From Nitrospinota bacterium (GTDB lineage: Bacteria > Nitrospinota > Nitrospinia > Nitrospinales > VA-1): DNA of 52,262 nucleotides. The position numbers and the translations under genes were made by a program. The notes beneath the pieces were generated by a model. That model did not search any database. It was given only the letters and a program-made list of their open reading frames with translations, and was not told where the DNA came from. The stretch is taken from the NCBI GenBank assembly GCA_036339675.1, contig JAYZAN010000059.1:1-52262 (forward strand). Reading direction: 5' to 3'. Shown in pieces: positions 16,703-27,156 of the stretch (its first letter is position 1; every line of letters begins with the position of its first letter).

Positions 16703-18175
16703 ATGAGCCGGAAACTGAAAATTTTGCTGGCCGCCTCAGAAGTTTTTCCGTTCGCTAAAACAGGAGGACTGGGAGATGTCTCGGGTTCATTGCCCAAGGC
16801 GCTTCATGCCTTGGGTCACGATGTCCGGATCATCATGCCGGGGCATCAATCCGCCTTTTCATCAGGATCAGATATCTGTTTCCTGGGCCGGCAGGTCGAT
16901 ATTTCCATCGGCAAAAAAACTCAAAGGGGAATTTTTTTTCAGACCTATCTCAAGAAAAACATCCCAGTATACCTGGTCGGAAACGAAGAGTATTATCAAA
17001 GGGACGGTATCTACGGCGACTCTGGAGGAGATTATTCCGACAACGCCGAGCGTTTCATTTTTTTTTGCCGGTCCGTTCCGGAGGCCTGCAAGGCCCTTGC
17101 CTTCCAACCCGATATCATCCATTGCAATGACTGGCATACGGGATTGATCCCGGCGTACCTGAAGACCCTGTACGATGAGGACTGGTTCGCCGACACCCGC
17201 ACGGTATTCACCACCCATAACCTCGGTTACCAGGGGAACTTTCCCGCATCGGAATTCGATCTGACCCATCTTCCCGGGGACTTGTTCACTCCAGGAGGCC
17301 TTGAGTTTTATGGCCAACTCAGTTTTTTAAAATCCGGCCTGCAATACTCCGATCTTTTAACGACAGTCAGCCCCTCTTATAGCCAGGAAATTCAAACGGA
17401 TGAATGCGGATTTGGCATGGAGGACATCATCCGCGAACGAGCCGAGGATTTGCACGGCATCTTAAACGGAATCGACCTTGAAGAATGGAATCCCGAAAGG
17501 GATCCCTTCATCAAAGAGCAATATTCGCCCAAAAACCTGGAGAACAAATCCACATGTAAAGAGGAACTTATCCGGATTTTTTCTCTCAAAGTGGATGCGG
17601 ACACTCCCATCCTAGGCATGGTCAGCCGGCTGGCCGCGCAAAAAGGTATTGAGCTTGTTTTAGACGCGGTGATACAGCTTTTGGAAGACGGCGCAGCGTT
17701 TGTGTTACTCGGTATGGGTGATCCTATTTACGAAAACCGGCTCCGGGAGATCCAGAAACGCCATCCTGAAAAAATCGGTGTCACCTTGGGTTACGATGAG
17801 AAGTTGTCCCATCAAATTATAGCCGGAAGCGACCTGGTGATGATGCCTTCGCAATACGAACCCTGCGGACTCACCCAGATGTACGGACTGAAATACGGAA
17901 CCGTCCCTCTGGTCCGCTCGGTGGGCGGGCTCAAAGATTCCATACAGGAATTCAACCCCACAACCCTCCAGGGAATCGGGTTCACCTTCAAACCGTTTGA
18001 GAGCCAATACCTGCTTGGGGCGTGGAAAGAAGCCTTATCCGTTTACAGGCAAAAGTCCCTGTGGAAGAAACTGGTTCAAAATGGTATGGCGGAGGACAAC
18101 AGCTGGCAAAAAGCCGCAAACAAATATTTCCGGATTTATGAAAAAGCCCTTGAGAAAAATTCCGGTGTAAAATAA
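16703..18175 (+). CDS. glgA: Glycogen (starch) synthase
   Basis: N-terminal EVFPFAKTGGLGDV motif, HCNDWHTGL, and the GT5/GT1 C-terminal PSQYEPCGLTQMY. Confidence 0.93.
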   Translation: MSRKLKILLAASEVFPFAKTGGLGDVSGSLPKALHALGHDVRIIMPGHQSAFSSGSDICFLGRQVDISIGKKTQRGIFFQTYLKKNIPVYLVGNEEYYQRDGIYGDSGGDYSDNAERFIFFCRSVPEACKALAFQPDIIHCNDWHTGLIPAYLKTLYDEDWFADTRTVFTTHNLGYQGNFPASEFDLTHLPGDLFTPGGLEFYGQLSFLKSGLQYSDLLTTVSPSYSQEIQTDECGFGMEDIIRERAEDLHGILNGIDLEEWNPERDPFIKEQYSPKNLENKSTCKEELIRIFSLKVDADTPILGMVSRLAAQKGIELVLDAVIQLLEDGAAFVLLGMGDPIYENRLREIQKRHPEKIGVTLGYDEKLSHQIIAGSDLVMMPSQYEPCGLTQMYGLKYGTVPLVRSVGGLKDSIQEFNPTTLQGIGFTFKPFESQYLLGAWKEALSVYRQKSLWKKLVQNGMAEDNSWQKAANKYFRIYEKALEKNSGVK

Positions 18176-18231
18176 ATCAGGCGGCGCCGGTTTCAAGATT
18201 CCCGGAGAGACATTTTTAAGGGGAAGAACCC

Positions 18232-20142
18232 ATGACGGAGCACCAGATCGGACTTGAAATTCTGCAGGAAGTTTCACAGATCGCCAATTCCACGCTGGAC
18301 CTCAATCGAACGCTGGAAAGCATCATAGAAATCATCCAGAAAAAAATGCATGTCGACGCCTGCGCCATCTATCTGGAAGAAGAAGACCAGGTACATCTGC
18401 GGTTGAAGGCCTCTTCAGGGCTCCCAAAGGAGGAATCCTCAAAAATTCGGTTAAAAAAAGGAAAAGGCATAACCGGATGGGTGGCGGAAAAACGGATCAC
18501 CCTGGCGCTGAGCGAAGCCATGCAGGACCCCCGGTTCGAATATTTTCCCGAGATCGAGGAAGAAAAATTCCAATCCATGCTCTCCGTTCCCATCCTCCTC
18601 AATGAGCAATTCATCGGCGTGATCAATGTTCACACTCTGGAGCAGCGCTGGTTCCAGGGGGAAGAGATCATTCTTATAGAAGCCATCGCCAGCCAGGTAG
18701 CGGGTTGTATCCGCAACGCCGTGTATTATTCCAACAGCCAGATGCTTCTCAAGGAACTGACCATCCTATACGACATCAGTCTGGCCGTTCAATCCACCTT
18801 AAAACTGAAACACGGGCTATGGATCATCCTCAACGGGATCACCATCGGACAGGCCGGCGGTTTCAACCGGGTCATGCTTTTCATCTACGATGAAAACACC
18901 CGAAGACTTCAGGGGATGATGGGGCTGGGTCCCGATTCTCCCCAGGACGCCGTCCGTTTGTGGACCGAGCTGGACAAAAAGGGTCCGGATCTTCTCCAAT
19001 GGATCGTCACCGAAGCCAATAAAGAAGAATACAACCGATCGGCGTTCAACCGGTTTGTCCGTTCCCTGAAATTTCCCGTAAACGAAAGGGGTGGAGTGCT
19101 GTCGGAAACGATTCTTCGGAAAAAAGGGTTTCACATACATTCCGTCCAGAAAGAACCCTTGGTGGACCGGGAATTTATAGAAGCTTTGGGGACCGAAGAG
19201 TTCGCCACGGCCCCACTCATCGCCCACGAAAGTGTACTGGGCCTCATCCTCGCCGATAACCGGTACAACAGGAAACCCATCACCGAGGAACAGATACGCC
19301 TGCTGACCCGGTTCAGTTCGCACGCAAGCTGGGTCATGGAAAACTCCCGGTTGTTCTCCAAACTTCTCGATACCAACAGGGAACTTCTTTCCACCAAGGA
19401 GCAATTAACCCAGTTCGAAAAACTCGCGGCGTTAGGGGAAATGGCCGCTGAAGTCGCCCACGAAATAAAGAATCCCCTTGTTTCGATTGGCGGGTTCGCG
19501 CGCAGGCTGCGGGATACGGTGGGTGGCCTTTCCGGCGAATTCGGAGAGCACGCATCTTTTAAATCCGCCGCCAAATATTCCCAGATCATCGTGAAGGAAA
19601 CCGAAAGGCTGGAGGCCCTTGTTAAAGACATCCTCCTGTATTCCAAAGCCGGGATCATGGAACTTGAAACCTGCGACATCAACAAGATTCTCCATGACGT
19701 CGCTTATATGTTTAAATCCGGGTTCTATGAAAAAAATATCGACCTGAAACTGAAATTGGCGGGCGATTTGCCCCCACTTCAACTGGACCTGCAACGGATC
19801 AAACAGGTACTGATCAACCTGTTTTACAATGCTATGGAATCCATGGCGAATGGAGGTGAGTTCACTGTTTCCACCTCCCAGGAACTGTATGCCGGGGGAC
19901 AAAAAATGATCACCCTCCGGCTGCAGGACACCGGGAAGGGAATCCCCCAGGAAATTTTTGAAAACATTTTCAATCCGTTTTTCACCACCAAGGATTCCGG
20001 AACCGGAATGGGACTCCCCATATGCCGGAAAATCATCGAAGCCCACAACGGGACCATCCGTTTTGAAAACGTTATCGGAAAAGGAGTTACAGTCATCCTC
20101 CATTTACCGTTGCAAATCAAGTCTGATTATTATAAAAACTAA
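18232..20142 (+). CDS. Sensor histidine kinase with GAF domains (GAF-GAF-HisKA-HATPase_c)
   Basis: H-box AAEVAHEIKNPL, N-box LFYNAMES, G-boxes DTGKGI and GTGMGL. The N-terminal GAF pattern appears twice. No TM segments seen. Confidence 0.88.
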   Translation: MTEHQIGLEILQEVSQIANSTLDLNRTLESIIEIIQKKMHVDACAIYLEEEDQVHLRLKASSGLPKEESSKIRLKKGKGITGWVAEKRITLALSEAMQDPRFEYFPEIEEEKFQSMLSVPILLNEQFIGVINVHTLEQRWFQGEEIILIEAIASQVAGCIRNAVYYSNSQMLLKELTILYDISLAVQSTLKLKHGLWIILNGITIGQAGGFNRVMLFIYDENTRRLQGMMGLGPDSPQDAVRLWTELDKKGPDLLQWIVTEANKEEYNRSAFNRFVRSLKFPVNERGGVLSETILRKKGFHIHSVQKEPLVDREFIEALGTEEFATAPLIAHESVLGLILADNRYNRKPITEEQIRLLTRFSSHASWVMENSRLFSKLLDTNRELLSTKEQLTQFEKLAALGEMAAEVAHEIKNPLVSIGGFARRLRDTVGGLSGEFGEHASFKSAAKYSQIIVKETERLEALVKDILLYSKAGIMELETCDINKILHDVAYMFKSGFYEKNIDLKLKLAGDLPPLQLDLQRIKQVLINLFYNAMESMANGGEFTVSTSQELYAGGQKMITLRLQDTGKGIPQEIFENIFNPFFTTKDSGTGMGLPICRKIIEAHNGTIRFENVIGKGVTVILHLPLQIKSDYYKN

Positions 20143-20228
20143 TACCTCTTTGATTTCGAAAATATCCCTCCGGTCTTTATGGGTTATTTTTCGAAAAGAA
20201 CCCGCTCCCGAAAACTTTCGGCCTAGGC

Positions 20229-20585
20229 ATGAGAAAAATCCTTGTAGTTGACGACGAAGAAAACATCCGCCTTCTTTATAAGGAAGAGTTAGAGGACGAC
20301 GGATACCAGGTGTATCTGGCATCTTCCGCGGAAGACGCTATGAAGAAAGTCGATGAGGAAAAACCCGATATCATCACCCTGGACATTAAAATGCCCGGAA
20401 TGGACGGTATAGAGTTTTTGAGGATATTAAAAGAAGAAAAAAAAAATATTCCTGTTATATTGTGCTCCGCTTATGGAAAATACAAACAGGATTTTCGCGT
20501 ATGGGCATCCAACGCCTATGTGGTCAAATCGGCAGACCTCACCGAGTTAAAATTGACCATCAAGGGGATCCTGGGATCCGAATGA
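20229..20585 (+). CDS. Single-domain response regulator (CheY-like receiver), intact
   Basis: ILVVDDEENI, DIITLDIKMPGMDG and the conserved K (VVKS). 118 aa, downstream of the kinase. Confidence 0.9.
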   Translation: MRKILVVDDEENIRLLYKEELEDDGYQVYLASSAEDAMKKVDEEKPDIITLDIKMPGMDGIEFLRILKEEKKNIPVILCSAYGKYKQDFRVWASNAYVVKSADLTELKLTIKGILGSE

Positions 20586-20641
20586 ACCAAACGGCCCGGC
20601 GCCTCGATCCCAATCCATTAACCCTCTGACCCTAGTCCAGA

Positions 20642-21292
20642 ATGACAGATCCCATCATAGAGCCCAGGTTCATCGCCATTGAGGGGTCCATCGGAGCCGG
20701 GAAAACCTCACTGGCAAAATTGCTGGGCAAGCAATTCGACGCCAAAGTCTTCCTTGAAAAAGACGAAGAGAATCCCTTTATCGAAAAATTTTATCAGGAC
20801 CAAGAATCCCACGCCTTTCATACCCAGATTTTTTTTTTACTGAGCCGGTACAACCAGTACCTGGACCTAGCCCAGAGGGATCTTTTTAATTCCGTCTTTA
20901 TCATTGACTACCTGTTCCAGCGAAACCGCATTTTCTCCAACCTGACCCTAAAAGGTCACGAGATTCAGCTCTACGATCAGATCTATAACCTGTTAACCCA
21001 GAAGATTCCCAAGCCGGATCTCGTCATTTTCCTGCAGGCAAACACGAGCGTTCTGTTGGACCGGGTTGAAAAACGGGACCGGGACTATGAATCATTCATC
21101 GATCCCGAATATCTGGACGAAGTGAATAAGGCCTTCAATAATTTCTTTTTTTATTATTCCGAAACCCCCCTCCTGGTTATTAATACTAATAAGATAGATT
21201 TCGTCGAGAAAAAATATGACCTGGAAGAGTTGATAAAAAAGATCAATACCCATAAAATAGGGAGAGAATATTACAATCCGCTTGGATCCTGA
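20642..21292 (+). CDS. Deoxynucleoside kinase family protein
   Basis: P-loop IAIEGSIGAGKTSLAKLL, the DRY/ERS-like region and LxxRxxxR lid (LLDRVEKRDRDYE). 216 aa. Confidence 0.8.
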   Translation: MTDPIIEPRFIAIEGSIGAGKTSLAKLLGKQFDAKVFLEKDEENPFIEKFYQDQESHAFHTQIFFLLSRYNQYLDLAQRDLFNSVFIIDYLFQRNRIFSNLTLKGHEIQLYDQIYNLLTQKIPKPDLVIFLQANTSVLLDRVEKRDRDYESFIDPEYLDEVNKAFNNFFFYYSETPLLVINTNKIDFVEKKYDLEELIKKINTHKIGREYYNPLGS

Positions 21293-21505
21293 CAGGACCG
21301 GGACGGAGGGCATAGATCCAATTTTGTGGCAACCCGCCAAGGGGACCCCGAAAAGGCCTCAAATTAAGTGCGGACCACTCTATTCCTGAGAAACCCTTTC
21401 TCTTCGTTATCACCCTGTTGGCGGATATATTTTTTAGGGGGTTCATCTCTGCCCCGTTCGCCATTCCTTTCAGGATCTTGATTTTCAAAGGTTTAATTGA
21501 CAATC

Positions 21506-22357
21506 ATGGTCCGCCAACCGATAACGATTCCCTCGATTCTGGGGAGAAAAAAATCCGGGAAAAAGCTGGTCGCACTGACCGGTTATGATTACAGTTTCGC
21601 CCGGATCTTAGACACCACCGAAATCGATATTGTCCTGGTGGGGGACTCATTGGGCATGGTTTCGCTGGGTTACGAAAACACCCTTCCCGTCACCATGGAC
21701 GAAATGGTGGCCCATACCCGTGCGGTAAAGCGCGGTTTGAATAACCCCCTGTTGGTGAGTGACATGCCGTTTATGTCCTACCAGGTTTCTGTGGAACAGG
21801 CCGTCGCCAACGCTGGCCGATTGATTCAGGAAGGAAGAGCCGAAGCGGTGAAGCTCGAAGGCGGCATCCCGGTATGTGAAAAAGTTCAAGCCATCGACCA
21901 GGCCGGCGTTCCGGTCATGGGCCATGTAGGCCTGACCCCTCAACGGGTCCATCAATTCGGCGGCTATAAGGTCCAGGGGAAAAATTATATTGATGCCCGG
22001 CAAATCAAACAGGATGCCAAAGCGCTTCAGCAGGCTGGAGTTTTTTCGGTTGTGCTGGAGGGAATCCCCGGTGAACTGGCCGGGGAAATCACCCGGGAAC
22101 TTAAAATACCAACCATCGGGATCGGCGCGGGGAAAGATTGCGACGGCCAGATCCTCGTGATACACGATATGCTCGGCCTGAATTCGGAGTTCACACCGAA
22201 ATTCGTCAAACAATACGCCAAGCTGGAAAGCCAGATTCAAAGTGCTGTGGCGGATTATATTCAGGAAGTCCGGTCCGGAGATTTTCCTGGGGAAGAACAA
22301 ACCTATTCTACCGAGCGAAAATCATTGCGGAAAGTAGACCGAAATGAGTGCAGTTAA
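21506..22357 (+). CDS. panB: 3-methyl-2-oxobutanoate hydroxymethyltransferase
   Basis: LTGYDYSFARILD...VLVGDSLGMV...DMPFMSY...VKLEGG...GHVGLTPQ motifs. ATG at 21506; the ORF opens with a TTG at 21497. Confidence 0.93.
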   Translation: MVRQPITIPSILGRKKSGKKLVALTGYDYSFARILDTTEIDIVLVGDSLGMVSLGYENTLPVTMDEMVAHTRAVKRGLNNPLLVSDMPFMSYQVSVEQAVANAGRLIQEGRAEAVKLEGGIPVCEKVQAIDQAGVPVMGHVGLTPQRVHQFGGYKVQGKNYIDARQIKQDAKALQQAGVFSVVLEGIPGELAGEITRELKIPTIGIGAGKDCDGQILVIHDMLGLNSEFTPKFVKQYAKLESQIQSAVADYIQEVRSGDFPGEEQTYSTERKSLRKVDRNECS

Positions 22358-22381
22358 CTCTTAATTCAAACTAGTTGAACG

Positions 22382-23230
22382 ATGGAAACTATAAATACCA
22401 TTGAAGAAATAAAAAAATGGTCTGCGAATACAAGGGCCGGAGGAAAATCGATCGGATTCGTCCCCACCATGGGCTATCTCCATGAAGGCCACCTGAGCCT
22501 GGTCCGGAAATCCCTCGCCAGCTGCGACCGGACGGTAGTGAGCATATTTATCAATCCGGCCCAGTTCAGGGAAAACGAGGATCTGGATATCTACCCGGTG
22601 GACCTGGAAGGGGACCAAAACAAGCTGGAATCCGATGGGGTGGATGTATTATTTTTTCCGGATCGCGAAATGATGTATCCTCCGGGATATAAAACCCACA
22701 TTGAGGTCGAGGAAATCGTAGATCATCTTTGCGGCAAAAGCCGGCCGGTTTTTTTCAGGGGTGTGGCAACGGTGGTCTTGAAGCTGTTCAACATAACCCG
22801 GCCTGATAAAGCGTTTTTTGGTGAAAAAGACTGGCAGCAGCTGACCGTGGTGGAAACGCTGGTCAGAGATTTGAACCTTGATGTGGATATCGTCGGTCTC
22901 CCCATCATACGGGAAACGGATCAGCTGGCCATGAGTTCCCGGAACAAGTACTTGTCTCAGGAAGAACGGCGGTCCGCCCGGTCCCTGTCACGGGCCCTGG
23001 AAGCGGCAAGAGAGAAAGTACGGCATGGGGAGCACTCCGCGGAAAAAATTCGCTCCGAAATCCGCAACCGTATCGAAAATGAAAAGGGAACAAAAGTCGA
23101 TTACATTTCCATTTGCGATCCACAGACATTCGTGGAGAAGAATGAAATCGGAGAAAATACCCTAATAGCCCTCGCGGTGCATATAGGCAAGGCAAGACTG
23201 ATTGATAACTGCATAATAGAGAGAGAGTGA
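22382..23230 (+). CDS. panC: Pantoate-beta-alanine ligase
   Basis: VPTMGYLHEGHLSL, SIFVNPxQF-like SIFINPAQF, GEKDWQQ and SSRN motifs. Confidence 0.95.
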   Translation: METINTIEEIKKWSANTRAGGKSIGFVPTMGYLHEGHLSLVRKSLASCDRTVVSIFINPAQFRENEDLDIYPVDLEGDQNKLESDGVDVLFFPDREMMYPPGYKTHIEVEEIVDHLCGKSRPVFFRGVATVVLKLFNITRPDKAFFGEKDWQQLTVVETLVRDLNLDVDIVGLPIIRETDQLAMSSRNKYLSQEERRSARSLSRALEAAREKVRHGEHSAEKIRSEIRNRIENEKGTKVDYISICDPQTFVEKNEIGENTLIALAVHIGKARLIDNCIIERE

Positions 23231-23589
23231 TGCAAAGAATAGTGTTGAAGTCCAAACTTCACCGGGCTCGGGTGACCGATACCAAAGTGGATTACGAAGG
23301 CAGCATCGAGATTGATGAAGACCTGATGGAAGAAGCGGGAATCATAAATTTCGAGCAGGTTCATGTTTATAATATCAATAACGGAGAGCGCTTCATCACC
23401 TACACGATACCCGCCCCCAGGAACAGCGGTACGGTTTCGCTCAACGGCGCGGCCGCGAGACTGGCGCAGATAAATGATCACATTATTATCGCCGCTTATG
23501 GTATTATTAATGTTGAACAGGAAAATCATACACCCAAGGCGGTCCTACTCGACGTCAACAACTCGATCGTCGATAAGGTTTATCCCTGA
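23227..23589 (+). CDS. panD: Aspartate 1-decarboxylase (pyruvoyl-dependent)
   Basis: KSKLHRARVTDTKVDYEGSIEID contains the G-S self-cleavage site. ATGA overlap with the panC stop. Confidence 0.95.
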   Translation: MMQRIVLKSKLHRARVTDTKVDYEGSIEIDEDLMEEAGIINFEQVHVYNINNGERFITYTIPAPRNSGTVSLNGAAARLAQINDHIIIAAYGIINVEQENHTPKAVLLDVNNSIVDKVYP

Positions 23590-23680
23590 TTTCCTCCCTT
23601 CCGGCGGAGGCGCCTACCTTTTTATTAAAAGTTTAAAGGATCCGTTTTTTAAAAACTTCTAATAAGACTATTTTGTACCT

Positions 23681-24433
23681 ATGGATTTATTCATTTCCAT
23701 CGCGTTGATATTCATGTTGTGGATGTGCATGGATTGCATCCAGCGGAAGGAACATTTCGTATGGATCGTAATCATGGTGGTGCTTTTCCCTGTCGGGGCG
23801 GTGGCCTATTATTTCATGGTCAAAACCAAAAGCGGCGATAAACGGCCCAAGCTTTTCCAGGTAACCCATTCCGACACCCGGGAGGCGGAAACCGAAGAAA
23901 CCCTCCAGCTTAGGGAACTGATCAATAAATTCGAAAAGGCCTACCATTACGAAAAACTCGGCCAGGCCTACCTGGAACAGAAAAAATACAAACTTGCCAT
24001 CCCGCAGTTCCACCAGGCGGTCCAAAAAGACCCCGAAATGAACGAAGCGCGATATGGCCTTGCCAAATGCTTGCACGGACTCGGCAAATACGAGGAAGGC
24101 GCTGAAGTTCTTGAAGAACTCGTAAAAATTGACAAGAAATACGATTACGGCAATGCCATTTTCGGCCTTGCGGAATGCTACCGCCTTGCGGATCTGGAAG
24201 ACAAAGCCCTGGAGACCTATCAGGAAGTGATCAATTCATTCGATTTTTTCAAAGCCTATTATCATTACGCTAAATTGCTCGACAAAAGGGGTAAGAAAGA
24301 AGAAGCCATCAGCCATATGAAGAGTATTATAGGCTCCTCCAAAAATCTCCCGGAATACAAACTGGAAAAAGAACGCTACTGGATTAACGAGGCCTATAAA
24401 TTCCTGAGAAAAAACGGAATCGAACTGGCCTGA
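23681..24433 (+). CDS. Membrane-anchored TPR-repeat protein with a PLDc_N-like N-terminal two-TM module
   Basis: The N-terminus FVWIVIMVVLFPVGAVAYYF resembles the PLD-nuclease N-terminal membrane motif. The remainder has TPR-like A/Y/L periodicity. Confidence 0.55.
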   Translation: MDLFISIALIFMLWMCMDCIQRKEHFVWIVIMVVLFPVGAVAYYFMVKTKSGDKRPKLFQVTHSDTREAETEETLQLRELINKFEKAYHYEKLGQAYLEQKKYKLAIPQFHQAVQKDPEMNEARYGLAKCLHGLGKYEEGAEVLEELVKIDKKYDYGNAIFGLAECYRLADLEDKALETYQEVINSFDFFKAYYHYAKLLDKRGKKEEAISHMKSIIGSSKNLPEYKLEKERYWINEAYKFLRKNGIELA

Positions 24434-24487
24434 TCTCTCCCCTTTAATTCCCGTACAAAATAGCAAGCCACAAAAAGGAACCTGACC

Positions 24488-25051
24488 ATGACGGTTTTGG
24501 CCGAAAATTTAAAAACGATCCGCAAAGGTCTTCACTGTTCGCAGATGGCTATCTCTGAAGTGCTGGAAATTGGGTTTCGGACTTACGTTCGATATGAAGC
24601 GGGCGAAAGAGATGCGCCTATATCGGTTCTGATCAAAATTGCCAAGCTAGGCAATATCTCCCTGGATCGTCTTTTGACCACCAAAATCACCGCGGAAGTC
24701 ATCAAAACGCCGGATGCGGAAAAAGCCCCGGCCAGCCTTAAAAAACTAGATATCGTCGGAGGAAGTTTGGAGGAAGGACGGCTGATATTTAAAGGTATCA
24801 AAGACGATTATTATGTCAGCACCAATAAAAACGAAAGAAAGCTGATCACCCTGTTCCGAAAAATGGATCGGAAAACCCGGGAAAACTGCCTCGTGGACGT
24901 GGAATGGATCTTCAATAATTCAAAAAGATTCACCAATAAAACCGGAGGGAAAATGGTTCGAAAGGTCTCCAGAAAAGTGCAGAAAGCTCAAAACGCGGCC
25001 AAACTGAAAAAAATGGCCAAGGCCATCAAGAAAATAACCGTCCGGGGTTAG
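24488..25051 (+). CDS. XRE-family helix-turn-helix protein with a Lys-rich C-terminal tail
   Basis: LKTIRKGLHCSQMAISEVLEIGFRTYVRYEAGERDAPISVLIKIAKLGNISLDRLL is an HTH_3-type motif. Confidence 0.75.
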   Translation: MTVLAENLKTIRKGLHCSQMAISEVLEIGFRTYVRYEAGERDAPISVLIKIAKLGNISLDRLLTTKITAEVIKTPDAEKAPASLKKLDIVGGSLEEGRLIFKGIKDDYYVSTNKNERKLITLFRKMDRKTRENCLVDVEWIFNNSKRFTNKTGGKMVRKVSRKVQKAQNAAKLKKMAKAIKKITVRG

Positions 25052-25143
25052 AGAAACTCCCGACCCAAGATTCCCCGGTCCACCATTGTCGACCCATAAA
25101 AAAAAATCCCGAGTTTCCCCCCGGGCAGGCTCTTCTTTTCTTC

Positions 25144-27024
25144 TCACTTTCTCAAAAAGCGTTTCAATATCTCATCCATTTCAAACAACAGGGCAATGGG
25201 ACGGCCGTGCGGACAGGTATAGGGCATCTCCGTTTGCTCGAGATCGGACAGCAGTTTTTTAATCTGGTCCATTTGCAAAGGCATATTCACCTTTATCGCG
25301 TTCCGGCAGGCCATCATGATAAGGATTTCTTCATATTTCTTCTGCAAAGTCTCACCCTGCTCCTGACGGGGAAGCATTTCCACAATATCGTTCATCAATT
25401 TCTCATGATCGGCGCTTTTCAAAATTGCCGGTACCGATCTCAGTAAAAACCCGTTTTGGCCGAAAGGTTCCAATTCCAGCCCCAGGTCCTTGAGACGATC
25501 CAGGTGAGTGGAAAGCAACTGAGCCTCCCCGGGAGAAAATTCCAGGGACAGGGGGAACAGAAGTTTCTGCACCTCAATCTTTTTATTTTTGGCCGCCTCG
25601 CGGAACCGTTCGTATAAAACCCGTTCATGGGCGATATGCTGATCGACCACCAACACCCCCTGCTTCCCCTGCATGATGATGAAGGAATTTTCAAGCTGGC
25701 CCAGCGGCCCAAAGTCCGAATAGATCAAGCGTGACACGGGAGCGGGTTTGCCCCCGAAAATTTCCACCTGCGAATCCGCCGGGGACGGTCCCGGACCGCC
25801 GCCTGCAGGCGGTTGATACATCAACTCCAGGGCTTTGGACATCTGCTCATGGCGAGCGGCGAAATACTCTTTTTCACGGAATCCCTCTCCGAAGGATTTG
25901 CATGGACCCTCGGAAAAATTCGAGGACGCGGGGGAACGGAAAGGAAGTACCGTATCCGCGATGGGAGAATTTTTCCCTTCCCTCTCAACGGCGGCCTCCA
26001 GGGCCTGTTCATTTCTAGTCAGCGCATTTTTAACCGCCTTGCTCACAAAACGGTGTACCTCCTGTTGAAACGCGAACCGGACCTCCGCTTTTGCAGGATG
26101 GACATTCACGTCGAGCAGTTTGGGGTTCATGGATAAAAACAGGAACAGGGCTGGATGCTGGCCCCTCGGCAGAAGATGGTTGTATCCATGCTGGGTAGAA
26201 TGGAATATCACTTTATCCCTCACAAACCGGTTGTTGATATAAAAATACTGATAGGACCGATTGGACCGGGTATGGACCGGATTGGAAATAAAGCCTTCCA
26301 GACGGTAATCTCCCGCTTCCGCTTCCACCCGCACCAATTCCTTGGCCAAGTCAGGATTGAACAATTCGGCGATCCGGTACAGCAGCTGTTCCGTGGGGAG
26401 GCAATTGATCACCTCCCGTCCGTTATGAATGAGGGTAAAATGAATATGCGGATGGGCCAGGGCCTGCTGGGTGACAACCTGGGTGATATGGGAAAATTCC
26501 GTGCCGTCCGCTTTCATAAATTTTTTTCGGGCGGGAGTGTTGAAAAAAAGGCGCGCCACCTCAACCGTGGTTCCTCGGGACGCGGCACAATCCTTCACCG
26601 TTAAATGGGCGCCCCCTTCCACGGCAACCAGGGTGCCGCCTGTATTTTCATCATGGGTGGTTGTCAATGCCACCCTCGCCACCGAGGCGATACTGGGCAG
26701 AGCTTCTCCCCGAAAACCCAAGGACCCGATAGCTTCCAGATCTTCCGGACAGGATACTTTACTGGTCGCATGCCTGGAAAATGCCAGGCGGGCGTCTTCG
26801 GGGGACATCCCGATGCCGTTATCGGTTACTTTTATGAGACCCTTGCCCCCAGCCTCGATTTCAGCCCGAATCCGCGTTGCCCCGGCGTCGATGGAGTTTT
26901 CCATCAACTCCTTGACCACGGACATGGGACGTTCAACCACTTCCCCAGCCGCGATCTGGTTGGCCATTTTTTCCGGGAGAATATGAATGCGTGACAGATT
27001 CTTATCTTTTGACAGGGCCGGCAT
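25144..27024 (-). CDS. mutL: DNA mismatch repair protein MutL
   Basis: ANQIAAGEVVERPMSVVKELMENSIDAGA, DNGIGM, and the C-terminal dimerisation/endonuclease region with CPHGRP. I prefer the ATG at 27024 (MPALSK). The ORF opens with a TTG at 27099. Confidence 0.93.
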   Translation of the reverse strand: MPALSKDKNLSRIHILPEKMANQIAAGEVVERPMSVVKELMENSIDAGATRIRAEIEAGGKGLIKVTDNGIGMSPEDARLAFSRHATSKVSCPEDLEAIGSLGFRGEALPSIASVARVALTTTHDENTGGTLVAVEGGAHLTVKDCAASRGTTVEVARLFFNTPARKKFMKADGTEFSHITQVVTQQALAHPHIHFTLIHNGREVINCLPTEQLLYRIAELFNPDLAKELVRVEAEAGDYRLEGFISNPVHTRSNRSYQYFYINNRFVRDKVIFHSTQHGYNHLLPRGQHPALFLFLSMNPKLLDVNVHPAKAEVRFAFQQEVHRFVSKAVKNALTRNEQALEAAVEREGKNSPIADTVLPFRSPASSNFSEGPCKSFGEGFREKEYFAARHEQMSKALELMYQPPAGGGPGPSPADSQVEIFGGKPAPVSRLIYSDFGPLGQLENSFIIMQGKQGVLVVDQHIAHERVLYERFREAAKNKKIEVQKLLFPLSLEFSPGEAQLLSTHLDRLKDLGLELEPFGQNGFLLRSVPAILKSADHEKLMNDIVEMLPRQEQGETLQKKYEEILIMMACRNAIKVNMPLQMDQIKKLLSDLEQTEMPYTCPHGRPIALLFEMDEILKRFLRK

Positions 27025-27156
27025 GTTCACTTTCTGGTGTGGTGTATATCGGCAGGATTCTGCTAATGGTTTTGTAAAACAATTCCGATCCGATTTCAAG
27101 TTTATAAGATGAAAATGGTATGATTAGAGAGCGTTGCCTCGGAACCAATCACTCGT

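Noticed and set aside
20437-20838. An A10 run (20437-20446, in the response-regulator gene) and a T10 run (20829-20838, in the deoxynucleoside kinase gene) as phase-variation tracts.
   Set aside because: Both are in frame and encode sensible residues (EEKKN, QIFFLL) in housekeeping-type genes. There is no evidence of variable length from a single sequence.
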